From positions 1,284 to 65,283 of the forward strand of contig JAZOVB010000231.1 of the NCBI GenBank assembly GCA_045658425.1: 64,000 bases of DNA. The letters run 5' to 3'. Source of the DNA: Clostridia bacterium (lineage in GTDB: Bacteria; Bacillota; Clostridia; UMGS1840; HGM11507). Of the stretch, positions 40,324-49,495 are shown one piece after another (the stretch's first letter is position 1; every line of letters begins with the position of its first letter). The notes under the pieces were generated by a model. That model was not told the origin of the DNA, ran no database searches, and saw only the letters and a program-made list of their open reading frames with translations. The translations under genes were made by a program, and so were the position numbers.

Positions 40324-41880
40324 ATGAAAAAATTTATTTCACTTTTTTTAACAATTGTTATACTCGCAAGTATAACAGGCTGCCGCAACAGCGGAGAAAT
40401 TCATTCTAACGGAGAAAGAGATTTCGAAATCGGAGATACAGGCGGTCTTAAAGTCCCATTCGGAAAGGGAGAAGAGATAGAGGTTATGTGTACAGATGAG
40501 GGCGGAATAGAAAATACATATATTTTCGATAAACTCAGCCAGGTTCTCGGTGTTAATATAAAACCTATTTTTATTCCAAAATCATCATATAATGAAAAAG
40601 TATCAGCAATTTTTGCAAGCGCTTCTTTGCCTGATATTTTAAGTTGTGAAAATCTTGTTAAAACCAACGACTATGCAATGCAAGGTGCTTTCGAACCAAT
40701 TACGCCTTATATGAAAGATTTACCTAACATATCAAGGTATTTTGGTGAAAACGGTAAATACAGCTGGGTTACTAAAAGTTATGCTGCCCCTGACGGAGAA
40801 TTATATGTGCTCCCTGAAGTAGACTCAAACAGGCTTGTTAATCACGGTATGCTTTACAGGAAAGATATCTTTGATAAACACGGCATAGAAATGTGGAACA
40901 GTCCCGAAACATTTTATCAGGCATTAAAAAAACTAAAAGAAATATATCCGGACAGTTATCCACTCACTTCCAAAACAGGTGCTCAAATTCTTAAAAACTA
41001 CGGAGTTGCCTGGGGCGGTCTTAATATATTTAATGTTTATTACGACGAAGATTCTTCTTTATGGAAATACTCTGATACAGACCCTAAAACCAAATCTATG
41101 TTAGATTATTTTCATAAACTTTTTAAAGAAGGACTTCTTGACCCTGAATTCTTAACCAATACTCAACCTGCATGGACAAATAAGATGACAACAGGAAAGT
41201 CTTTTGTCACATACGATTGGATAGGAAGACTTGATATGTTTACAACACAAAGCGTAATCCCGGGATATGATTTAAGATATGCTAATCCTGTCGGTCCATC
41301 TCAAACACTTATTACCTTAGAACAGGTAAACAAAAATGGGCTTAGTGTTGCTAAGGGTAAAAATTCTCTTCTGGCTATGAAAGTTATTGATTTTTGGTAT
41401 TCACAGGCAGGTGCAGAACTTATGACTTTAGGAGTAAGAGGTGAAACATTTGATATAGATGAAAACGGGAATGTAATTTATATGGATGAAGAACTAAGAA
41501 ATAAAGAAAAAATAGAAATTTCTGATTTAACCTCTAAATATTGTATGTGGGTTGCAGGTTCCTACAGAGTAACAGACAAACGTTCCTGCTATTATCAATA
41601 TACAGAAAGAGAAAAAGAAGCTCAGGATTGGGTTGAAAAATGTAAAGGTTTAGAACCTTCTGACCCTGTTGTTCTGTTTTCAAAAAATGATGATGTTTCA
41701 AAATCTGCCGATTTAATTACAGGTCTTTCCAAAAAATTTGAAGAAGTAATGTTTAAATATATAATAGGTCAGGAAACAGGAGAGACAGCATGGGAAAAAT
41801 GGCTGAATGAAGCAGAAAAACTTGGCGAAAAAGAATTGTGCGAACTGTATAACAACCGTCATAAAGAGTTAGGCTTATAA
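40324..41880 (+). CDS. extracellular solute-binding lipoprotein (ABC sugar-uptake family 1), no adjacent permease genes
   Basis: Lipobox LASITGC after MKKFISLFLTIVI. AGGAGG lies 9 nt upstream of ATG 40324. Large (~518 aa) LplA-type SBP text. Confidence 0.75.
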   Translation: MKKFISLFLTIVILASITGCRNSGEIHSNGERDFEIGDTGGLKVPFGKGEEIEVMCTDEGGIENTYIFDKLSQVLGVNIKPIFIPKSSYNEKVSAIFASASLPDILSCENLVKTNDYAMQGAFEPITPYMKDLPNISRYFGENGKYSWVTKSYAAPDGELYVLPEVDSNRLVNHGMLYRKDIFDKHGIEMWNSPETFYQALKKLKEIYPDSYPLTSKTGAQILKNYGVAWGGLNIFNVYYDEDSSLWKYSDTDPKTKSMLDYFHKLFKEGLLDPEFLTNTQPAWTNKMTTGKSFVTYDWIGRLDMFTTQSVIPGYDLRYANPVGPSQTLITLEQVNKNGLSVAKGKNSLLAMKVIDFWYSQAGAELMTLGVRGETFDIDENGNVIYMDEELRNKEKIEISDLTSKYCMWVAGSYRVTDKRSCYYQYTEREKEAQDWVEKCKGLEPSDPVVLFSKNDDVSKSADLITGLSKKFEEVMFKYIIGQETGETAWEKWLNEAEKLGEKELCELYNNRHKELGL

Positions 41881-41898
41881 TTTCAGGGGTGAAAAAGT

Positions 41899-42780
41899 AT
41901 GAATTTTTATGCAAATTTACATTTTCATTCAGCTTTTTCTGACGGCGTCTATTCACCCGAAGAAATTGTTGATATAGCAAAAAAAGAGGGATATAAAGCA
42001 CTTGCTCTTTCCGACCACGATACAATACAAGGATTTACAAGATTTAAAACCGCTTGTCAAAAAAATAATATTGAATATATAGCAGCCGTTGAATTTTCTG
42101 TAATTGACCCAAAAGAATACCATATAGTTGCATTTGATTTCGATATGGATTATATGCCAATGAAAAAATATCTGGAAGAAATGTCATATAAAGCAACTCT
42201 CAACACAAAGAGTTGCTTTGATGAAGCAGTTGAAAATGGGGAAATTACAGGTATAACATGGCAAGAAATATTAGATTACAATAAAGATTTAACATACATT
42301 TGTAATAATCATGTCTATAATGCCATTATAGACAAAGGTCTGGGAAAAAAAGAAGATTACATTGATTGGTTTAATAAAAATTTTCTTCATCAAAGAAGCA
42401 AATACCCGACAAATATAAATTTTTTGTCACTGGATAGTTTAATTAATCTGATTAAGAATGCAGGTGGTATTCCTGTAATTGCTCATCCGCACAATCAACT
42501 TGATGAGATAGATTATTTAATAAAGTGTGGTATACAGGGTATGGAAGTATGGCATCCAATTCTTACAGATGAAGAAAAACAAAAAGCATATCAGATTGCT
42601 ATCAAAAAAAATCTTTACATATCGGGTGGTAGTGACCATCACGGATTATGTGGCGGACTTTACTCCTCCTGCCCGAAGGATATGCCAATTACTGAGTATT
42701 CATACTATATCGAACCATTAAGTGTAGGAACAACAGAAATGCATTTTAAAGAAATTAAAGAAAGAAAATTATATAGGTAA
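41899..42780 (+). CDS. PHP-domain metal-dependent phosphoesterase
   Basis: ANLHFHSAFSDG...ALSDHD...AHP...GGSDHHG histidine clusters typical of the PHP family. Confidence 0.75.
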   Translation: MNFYANLHFHSAFSDGVYSPEEIVDIAKKEGYKALALSDHDTIQGFTRFKTACQKNNIEYIAAVEFSVIDPKEYHIVAFDFDMDYMPMKKYLEEMSYKATLNTKSCFDEAVENGEITGITWQEILDYNKDLTYICNNHVYNAIIDKGLGKKEDYIDWFNKNFLHQRSKYPTNINFLSLDSLINLIKNAGGIPVIAHPHNQLDEIDYLIKCGIQGMEVWHPILTDEEKQKAYQIAIKKNLYISGGSDHHGLCGGLYSSCPKDMPITEYSYYIEPLSVGTTEMHFKEIKERKLYR

Positions 42781-42800
42781 TTTATTTATTAAATACCAAA

Positions 42801-42830
42801 AGACGGAGTTTTCAAACTGCAACTCCGTCT
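42801..42830 (+). terminator. terminator of the SBP-PHP unit
   Basis: AGACGGAGTT/AACTCCGTCT, a perfect 10-bp stem followed by TTTG. Confidence 0.75.
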
Positions 42831-42903
42831 TTTGTCGTTTGTATAAGAACCTCACGAAAATCTGAAAGCCAAAGGCTTTAGATTTTCGGAGAACCTTGTT
42901 GTG

Positions 42904-43839
42904 TTAATTCACAATAACGGAAAAAATTAACGGAATAGTTATACAGGAGAGTAAGTGGGAAATTACCGTCATACCTGCCGCAATCGATGTGTCCTTACCA
43001 AGTGCACTTGGTATAACAATGGTATTGAGACCAAGAGGCATTGCAAGTGAGCAAAGTGCACAAATATAGGTTGTTTCAGAAATTTTCAAAAAAAGTGACG
43101 CCACTATGAAAAGGACGGGTATAATAATAAGTCTTATAATAGAAACAATATAAATTCTTACATTTATGAAAGTCTTTTTTAAGGATATTGATGATACAAC
43201 AATTCCAGTTAGAATCATGGCAATCGGCGACATACAATCACCCGATACATTTATCAAAGACATAATCCACTTGGGAAGCTGAATATTCAACAGACCAATT
43301 ATAATACCTATCAACATCGCTATAAACATAGGATTAACAAAAGATTTCAGAGATTCTTTAAAAGTTTGTTTTTTTTCTGTATCAAAAATAAGAAGTCTTG
43401 GTACTCCCCAAAGATATATCAATATCCACAACGGCAATGTGAAAATCAGATATTCGAAAAAAACATCCGGAAACAGGCCGCTTACCACCGCATTGCCCAT
43501 AAATCCAAAATTTGAAAATGACAATCCATATGTGTAAATTTTCTGAATATACTTATCTTTTGTAATTAGTTTAGAGATCAAAATTGCAAAAGGGATTGCG
43601 ATACACGCTATTATAAAACTTACAAACAATAATTTCCATGATTCGCTAATTCTCTCTATGGTAAAGTTTTCAATAAATGTTCCCATAACCAGCGCAGGTA
43701 TAAAAATTGTGTTTTCCAGCTTTGATAAAACCATAGATGAATTTTCAGGTAATATTTTAAGTTTTACAAGTATATATCCTATAACTATAAATCCAAAAAG
43801 GAAAGCGATCTGATTTAATGTAGTTGAAAAAATACTCAT
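42904..43839 (-). CDS. AEC (auxin efflux carrier) family transporter
   Basis: 311 aa, about 10 TM segments, typical AEC-family length and text. The start overlaps the upstream stop (ATGA). Confidence 0.7.
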   Translation of the reverse strand: MSIFSTTLNQIAFLFGFIVIGYILVKLKILPENSSMVLSKLENTIFIPALVMGTFIENFTIERISESWKLLFVSFIIACIAIPFAILISKLITKDKYIQKIYTYGLSFSNFGFMGNAVVSGLFPDVFFEYLIFTLPLWILIYLWGVPRLLIFDTEKKQTFKESLKSFVNPMFIAMLIGIIIGLLNIQLPKWIMSLINVSGDCMSPIAMILTGIVVSSISLKKTFINVRIYIVSIIRLIIIPVLFIVASLFLKISETTYICALCSLAMPLGLNTIVIPSALGKDTSIAAGMTVISHLLSCITIPLIFSVIVN

Positions 43840-44624
43840 ACGTTTTCATCTCTTATAAGAGATTTTCCCTCCCATTCTTTTGCCGGAGCAATCTCTATAA
43901 TGTCGACTATTGTCGGTGCTATGTCAAGAATACTTACTCCGCTAAATTCTCTGCCAGGTACAAATTGCGGTCCATAAAAAAACATTGGTATCGTCATATC
44001 CTCATCCATGTCGGTTCCATGTGCTCTATCATGTCCACCGTGGTCAGCTGTTACAATTACAGTATATTCTCCGTTTGTTTCTTGAATAACTCTTTGAACA
44101 TTACTGATTGCACGATTAATATAATCAAGGTAGACATCACTCATCCATCCGTTGTCATGTCCGCCTTTTTCATCTGTTTCAACCATATAAAGAAAAACAA
44201 AATCAGGTTTAGCAATCTTAATGTAACTAAGTGCTTTTTCAGTTAACATTGCATCAGTGTGTTCAAACGAATATGCATTTGTATACCCAGATTCTTTAAG
44301 AGAACCCGGTCTAGATACATCGCGAAGTGGTTCCCAGCCATAATACATAGCAGATACCTTATCTGCATTTTTTAACTGTTCAAACAAACCGTTAATTGGT
44401 CGCACCTGTGGCATATATATATTAGTAGTTGTCCCATGTCTTTCCGGCGGAACACTATGAAACATTGACATATGGCAAGGAAGCGTAACGGACGGAAATA
44501 CTGTTCTTGCATCAAAAGTATAAGATGCTATTTTCTTTAATTCATCAACATAAGGATTCTTGCATTTTATAAGTCCATCGGGGCGCATACCATCAATTGA
44601 AATTAAGATAACCTTTTTATTCAT
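43836..44624 (-). CDS. alkaline-phosphatase-superfamily protein (nucleotide pyrophosphatase/phosphodiesterase-like)
   Basis: VILISIDGMRPDGL N-terminal metal and nucleophile region; later TADHGGHD...HGT. Confidence 0.65.
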   Translation of the reverse strand: MNKKVILISIDGMRPDGLIKCKNPYVDELKKIASYTFDARTVFPSVTLPCHMSMFHSVPPERHGTTTNIYMPQVRPINGLFEQLKNADKVSAMYYGWEPLRDVSRPGSLKESGYTNAYSFEHTDAMLTEKALSYIKIAKPDFVFLYMVETDEKGGHDNGWMSDVYLDYINRAISNVQRVIQETNGEYTVIVTADHGGHDRAHGTDMDEDMTIPMFFYGPQFVPGREFSGVSILDIAPTIVDIIEIAPAKEWEGKSLIRDENV

Positions 44625-44647
44625 TTAATTATACCTCTTTTCTTATT

Positions 44648-45487
44648 TTAATATCTTATGCCATCAAGGGCAGCATTTCTTAAAGAAATATGTTTTGAGT
44701 AATCTTCATAATTCATAGACGCTATTGTCAACATGAGCGCATCAATTACACACATATGTGCTATACGGGCTGATACAGCTTCAACAGGATAATTTTTTTC
44801 ATCAGCATACACCGAAATAGAATAATCACTCTCTGTATATAAAAGACTTTTCGTAAAGCTGGTTAATGCTATTGTTGTCGCGCCAGCTTGCCTTGCAGCA
44901 CGCATTACATCAACAACTATTTTTGTTCTTCCGCTGTGCGAAATTCCAAATGCAACATCGCCTCTTTTCATATTATTTGCCATAACATTCATCTGTAAAA
45001 TGTCCGTGTAAGCATATGCCTGAACATCAAGTTGAGAAAACCTATAAGCTGAATCAATTGCAACTACAGAAGATGTCCCCACACCAAATATAAAAATACG
45101 CTGTGCTGATGCCAGTTTTTTGGATATTTCATCTATTTTAGAAAAATCAATCATTTGGCAGGTACTTTTAAGCGTATTTATACCAGAGTTGAAAACCTTA
45201 TTAAATATCAATTTTGGATTATCTTCTTTATCAAATGGAATGTTATTCTCATTGTAGCCTTCCTTACCAACTGCAGCAGCCAAAGAAATCTTCAATTTTG
45301 GAAAACCTTCCACACCAATAGATTTACACAATCGATTAACTGCTGACGGAACTGTTTCACAAGCACTTGCAAGGTCTTTTGCTGTCATATTAATAATCTT
45401 TTCCGGAAATTCTAAAATATATGATGCAATCTTTTGTTCTGTTGCTGTAAGGTTTTTAAATACATTATGAATTTTTGCAATTACCAT
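44648..45487 (-). CDS. MurR/RpiR-family regulator (HTH_6 + SIS domain)
   Basis: 279 aa. N-terminal HTH (NMTAKDLASACETVPSAVNRLCKSIG) and a SIS domain (IFIFGVGTSSVVA...GISHSGRT). Confidence 0.85.
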   Translation of the reverse strand: MVIAKIHNVFKNLTATEQKIASYILEFPEKIINMTAKDLASACETVPSAVNRLCKSIGVEGFPKLKISLAAAVGKEGYNENNIPFDKEDNPKLIFNKVFNSGINTLKSTCQMIDFSKIDEISKKLASAQRIFIFGVGTSSVVAIDSAYRFSQLDVQAYAYTDILQMNVMANNMKRGDVAFGISHSGRTKIVVDVMRAARQAGATTIALTSFTKSLLYTESDYSISVYADEKNYPVEAVSARIAHMCVIDALMLTIASMNYEDYSKHISLRNAALDGIRY

Positions 45488-45651
45488 ATAACCCCTCTCA
45501 ATCTTAGAAATTTTTTTCTATTATTTTTTATTAATTAGAATTATTTTCTATTATATCGTATCCCTTCTTTTTTGTCAAGATAAAATTATAACCACAACAT
45601 CTATTTATCAACATTTTGTTTACTCAGTCAACAATTTATTTACATAAAAAA

Positions 45652-45691
45652 AAGTGGGAAGCAAACCTTTATAAAAAGGTGCTTCCCACTT
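45652..45691. terminator. hairpin after the NlpC/P60 gene
   Basis: AAGTGGGAAGCA/TGCTTCCCACTT 12-bp stem plus inner ACCTTT/AAAGGT pairs, flanked by A- and T-runs. Confidence 0.7.
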
Positions 45692-45693
45692 TT

Positions 45694-46404
45694 TTAATAA
45701 CAGTTTGGTCTTACCGCAAAACCAAAACCACCCGTTGTGATTACCACATTATTTGCTCCTGATGAACAATGAATAACAAGTATGTTTCCGCTACTATCTC
45801 TGCCACTAATAATGCCGATATGTGATTTATCATCATATACCGCTAAATCTCCCGGTTGTGCAGAACTCCACGAAATGCGAGTTCCTTTTGAAGCCTGAGT
45901 GCTTGCACCATGACCGATTGCGGATTCTGAAAAACCTGCGTTATGAAATGCCCAGGTTACAAAACCTGAGCAATCAAGTCCAAAAGGTCGCATACATCCG
46001 GTAGAACGACTACCTTCAGAAGTAACAAGTTTCATCTTGCCCCATTCAGAATCCCAACCTATCGCAGAAGATTTTCCGCCCCAAAAGTATGTAAGTTTAC
46101 CTACAAGAGAGCAGGATTTCTTTACAACATTTTTTCTTTCTGCATATAAGCTATCAGGAAGGTTATCAATAACATCTTGAGCTGTTGCATCAGAGATCGC
46201 AAGACTTTGAGTAGTTCCTATAAACCCGTCTGCATTTTCAAGCAGAGTTTCAAGAGCTTCTTTTTGTTTTCGTGTAAAGCCATATTGTGAAACCATTTGG
46301 TCTTTCGTTTTTGCGGTAATTGTGATATACAAAACAATTTCGCTTGTTTCTCCGCTTGTCACAGTTTCAGTTCTTTTTGTAATTGTATGCATATCCCAAA
46401 ACAC
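45694..46404 (-). CDS. NlpC/P60 (C40) cell-wall hydrolase of ICE type (Tn916 Orf14-like), 5'-truncated
   Basis: Catalytic GLDCSGFVTWAF and downstream SHIGII/VIHCSS. Homology with the 23-kb paralog starts abruptly at DVFWDMH (46404). The only available start is a GTG with no N-terminal or signal region. Confidence 0.65.
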   Translation of the reverse strand: MFWDMHTITKRTETVTSGETSEIVLYITITAKTKDQMVSQYGFTRKQKEALETLLENADGFIGTTQSLAISDATAQDVIDNLPDSLYAERKNVVKKSCSLVGKLTYFWGGKSSAIGWDSEWGKMKLVTSEGSRSTGCMRPFGLDCSGFVTWAFHNAGFSESAIGHGASTQASKGTRISWSSAQPGDLAVYDDKSHIGIISGRDSSGNILVIHCSSGANNVVITTGGFGFAVRPNCY

Positions 46405-46420
46405 ATCTTTCTGTAATTCT

Positions 46421-46679
46421 TCATAATCCTAATATCAATCTTCTTGCAATTATGAATAAGCTATTATCCACCGATGGAATATCTCTTGAAAGAGGATCTT
46501 TCATATATTCAACATCGGGATTAAAGTTAGGATTTACAGATTGATAAATCATATTTCGTGCATTGAACTCGGCTTCAGCATAAGTGATTTTGCCGGATTT
46601 ATAATCTTCAATTACAGGAGCAATAATTGTTCTGCCTTTTTCAATATTACTTGCATAAAAATCAGAATATCAGAACATC
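46421..46679 (-). pseudogene. 3' fragment of an ICE conjugation-module gene (longer copy of 15762..15930)
   Basis: The frame is open only from a TGA at 46680-46682. Reads YSDFYASNIEKGRTIIAPVIEDYKSGKITYAEAEFNARNMIYQSVNPNFNPDVEYMKDPLSRDIPSVDNSLFIIARRLILGL*. No start codon. Confidence 0.6.
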
Positions 46680-46697
46680 TCCTGATATTACAAAAAG

Positions 46698-46729
46698 AGA
46701 GCTAACTGACATCTAAATCAGTTAGCTCT
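46698..46729. terminator. hairpin downstream of guaA-end relic C
   Basis: AGAGCTAACTGA/TCAGTTAGCTCT, a perfect 12-bp stem with an 8-nt loop and A/T runs on both sides. Confidence 0.65.
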
Positions 46730-46841
46730 TAATTTTTAATATTTAATATTTAATGTTGCCAAATTGTTGCCATTTTTATTTCAAAATGCCCGAAAGTGGC
46801 GTGGTTATGCGGTGTTCGCTCCGCGATTCGTTATTCCCACT

Positions 46842-46877
46842 CGCGGTATTATGTAGGTTTGAAAACTGCGTAATATA
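46842..46877 (-). pseudogene. relic C of a guaA 3' end (..YREWE-stop)
   Basis: Minus strand reads CGC GAG TGG GAA TAA (stop at 46842-46844); the 13-mer is identical to relic B. Upstream it reads FKPT*YREWE, against PKPIGTIEWE in the real gene. Confidence 0.45.
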
Positions 46878-46904
46878 GCGGTTTGTGGGCTTTTTAACCC
46901 GAAA

Positions 46905-46928
46905 TGTAGTCAAATTTGTGGTCAAAAA
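46905..46928 (+). repeat. attL core (direct repeat)
   Basis: TGTAGTCAAATTTGTGGTCAAAAA matches 57047-57070 at 23/24. The flanking sequences are unrelated. Confidence 0.7.
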
Positions 46929-47233
46929 TTATATTGAACATTATAACACATTATAAAAAGATATGCAAGCATAATTTATTATGTTTGTATATCTCAAATA
47001 TAGGCGGGTTTACTCACCCCAAAGTGCGAAGCACTATTTTTTTAGTATGGCGGGGTTTACCTCGTCTGCTGAAAAAATCTCTCCTTGCTCGCACTCTATA
47101 CAAAACTCACTTGTTAGGTTGCCCCTTGAAAGAGTTAAGGGGAAACCTTATCACACTAAAATATATTACACTACCTTTTATTTGGAAGGGGTTTTGATAC
47201 CATACATCTATACTACATTACATAAAATAAAAA

Positions 47234-47397
47234 TACACTCTGCACACTCTATAAAATACTGTATTTATGCAGAGAAAAATTTACATAAAATTTATCATGT
47301 AGAAAGGGCGGGGTCACGGGTGTAGTGAAACATCAGCCGTGACCCCGCCCTTTCTATAAACTGCATTATACAGTAGTTTTAAAGGACGCAGAGTGTA
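47234..47397. other. 164-nt nested inverted repeat with a perfect 19-bp GC-rich core hairpin (candidate oriT, ncRNA or protein-binding site)
   Basis: Core AGAAAGGGCGGGGTCACGG (47301-47319) / CCGTGACCCCGCCCTTTCT (47337-47355) with a 17-nt loop. Outer arms TACACTCTGC (47234-47243) / GCAGAGTGTA (47388-47397), plus ACTGTAT..ATGCAG pairs. No U-tract on either strand. Confidence 0.5.
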
Positions 47398-47494
47398 ACA
47401 ATATTATTTTTATATATTCTTTTTAAATTAGAACACCTATGTTACATGCAACCAGTACAACCTTTATGCTATTTTTGTTTCTACTTTCCTGATT

Positions 47495-49114
47495 TTATTT
47501 TGTATATAAGCAAACTGTATTAGAATAATTATTCCAATCGACCACTATATCAAATGCTTCTGATATTGCTCTAACTGGAACAAGAGTTCTGCCACCAATT
47601 ATTTGTGGTGTAACATCTAATTCGACTTGTTTTTCATTTATAGTCATTATTTTATTGTTTATTTGCATTTTAATTGTTGTATTATCTTTGTTCGCAACAA
47701 TACTTTGGTCTGCTTCATTCCATACTACTGTTGCCCCAATTTCCTCAAAGATTTTTCTTAAAGGAACCATCGTTCTACCATTTATAATTGTCGGGCTTTG
47801 GTCAAATGTCAAATACTTGGTATTTAACTTAACTTTTACGCCACCTAAATCATTAAGTACAAACAAACTTAATGGCGAAGTGCTATTGACAAAAACTCCA
47901 TCTAACACCCCAGTCGTATAATACATTGCCGAAGTAATAGCATTAAAATTCTCGTCGAGTATTTGCATGCCTTTTGCAAGACCACAATAAAGATATTTCC
48001 CGCCTTGCACAGTTTTTATCTGTCCATTATATACTTTTTTTGTTAAAACATTCATTGTATAATAATTATATTTGCTATCTCTTAGACAAATATATTTTCC
48101 GTTATCCAATAACATATCAGTATAAAGCATACCTGTTGTGATGTATTCAAGTGGTAAAATGAACTCACCTTCCTTGTCGACAACACCAATTTTTTTATTA
48201 ACTCCTACGACAAACACATCACCATTTAATGTCGGGTAAATCTCGTCCCATTTCCCAAAATCTACAACTATATTTCCATTAAAATCATATACTGCACTTG
48301 TTCCTTTATCTTTTTTGAAAGTAATGTATTTATCGAAAATTTGATAGTTTATTCTGTTTTCTGTTCGATAGATTTCTTTTCCGTTCATATTATATACAAT
48401 AAAATCACCAAAATTAGTAGATAATACTATAAAATTATTGTCTATATAAACATCTCTTTCATCCCAAGTGGAACTTTCAACATTAAATTTCAAATTGCCA
48501 TCTATATCAAAAACTTTCAATCGATTTGTATCGTTTTCAGACACAATTTTGCCAATCACTTTATCGTTAGCGAAGTGTACTGCCCCATTTTCACTACCTA
48601 TTTTTTTTGAAATATCCTGACCTTTAAAGTTGTATACACTATTGTTTGAGCCTGTAAAGAATGAATAATAGCCATCAGTTATTGCCAACAACTCTTCGTT
48701 AACTATATTTTCATATTTGTTATTTACTATATAAGCTCTTGTGCCATAAGAGTTATGATGAAATACACCAAAGTTGCCTTTCTTTACATACTCTGCTGTT
48801 GTATCCCAATGCTTATATACTTTTTCATTTTTATGATTTATAAAATACAATTCATTATCAACAGTTGTAACAAGACACAATCCGTCATTGAATTGTTTTA
48901 CGCTTTTATATTCGCATGGAATAACGATATTCCCATATACATCTATAAAACCACATCTATTATAGGTAGTATCTACAACAGAATACATTCCTTCTGCACA
49001 TCTAAAAACATTAAGTTCCAAAGTGCTGTTCTGCACAGAATGAAATTCATCACTTGCAAAAACATTTCCGCATAAAATCATACAAACAATTAAAAAACTT
49101 ATAATTCTTTTCAT
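47495..49114 (-). CDS. secreted WG-repeat protein with a C-terminal copper-amine-oxidase-N-like (stalk) domain
   Basis: 539 aa with a signal peptide. Repeated hydrophobic-G-(F/V)ID..G motifs (CGFIDVYGNIVIP, IGVVDKEGEFILP). The C-terminal INGRTMVPLRKIFEEIGATVVWN...IGGRTLVPVRAISEAFD is stalk-like. Confidence 0.6.
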   Translation of the reverse strand: MKRIISFLIVCMILCGNVFASDEFHSVQNSTLELNVFRCAEGMYSVVDTTYNRCGFIDVYGNIVIPCEYKSVKQFNDGLCLVTTVDNELYFINHKNEKVYKHWDTTAEYVKKGNFGVFHHNSYGTRAYIVNNKYENIVNEELLAITDGYYSFFTGSNNSVYNFKGQDISKKIGSENGAVHFANDKVIGKIVSENDTNRLKVFDIDGNLKFNVESSTWDERDVYIDNNFIVLSTNFGDFIVYNMNGKEIYRTENRINYQIFDKYITFKKDKGTSAVYDFNGNIVVDFGKWDEIYPTLNGDVFVVGVNKKIGVVDKEGEFILPLEYITTGMLYTDMLLDNGKYICLRDSKYNYYTMNVLTKKVYNGQIKTVQGGKYLYCGLAKGMQILDENFNAITSAMYYTTGVLDGVFVNSTSPLSLFVLNDLGGVKVKLNTKYLTFDQSPTIINGRTMVPLRKIFEEIGATVVWNEADQSIVANKDNTTIKMQINNKIMTINEKQVELDVTPQIIGGRTLVPVRAISEAFDIVVDWNNYSNTVCLYTK

Positions 49115-49206
49115 TTAAAAATCTCCTTACATTTTTAATATGTTTTATACACACTTTTTCACGAAAAAACACTTATACTCCTTTCAATTTCCCATAAATT
49201 AAAAAA

Positions 49207-49233
49207 GGTGTGCAACTACCGAAGCTGCACACC
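49207..49233 (-). terminator. terminator between the Rep-like and WG-repeat genes
   Basis: GGTGTGCA/TGCACACC stem. The A6 run at 49201-49206 gives a minus-strand U-tract. Confidence 0.55.
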
Positions 49234-49495
49234 GAAAAATGCAAACTCCGATTTGTTGTCACACAAAATTAAAAATAGGGCGAAATATACTTATTTACAT
49301 ACCGCTACTTGTGAAATTTGCATTTTTGCCAATTCAATATGTAACGATATGCAAATAAAAGGGTATAATACCCCCTTAACAAAAAAACAAGTAATTTCGC
49401 TATTTGATTTTTAATTTCATGTGACATATAGTATTATACCACCAAATGCGGAGAAATACAATATAAAATATAATTTTCGCAAATTACCGAACGAA

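Larger units (their letters stand above)
16007..46841. mobile_element. decayed composite island 2 (defence genes, ICE fragments, polysaccharide locus), inferred
   Basis: Bounded by relics B and C. Contains partial ICE genes at 21.5-23.5 kb and 45.7-46.7 kb. No recombinase. Confidence 0.3.

Noticed and set aside
42855-42888. CGAAAATCTGAAAGCC/GGCTTTAGATTTTCG hairpin after the AEC transporter gene
   Set aside because: The stem is real, but there is no U-tract on either strand, so I did not call it a terminator. Function is unknown and it has low information content.
43824-44246. 140-aa plus-strand ORF
   Set aside because: It is antisense to the alkaline-phosphatase-family gene, has an odd composition (C/Y/F/N-rich) and has no SD.
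46916-47325. 93-aa and 114-aa plus-strand ORFs in the element's left arm
   Set aside because: They have no SD and Y/H/K/L-rich nonsense-like text, and they run through the hairpins and repeats. I treat the region as non-coding.
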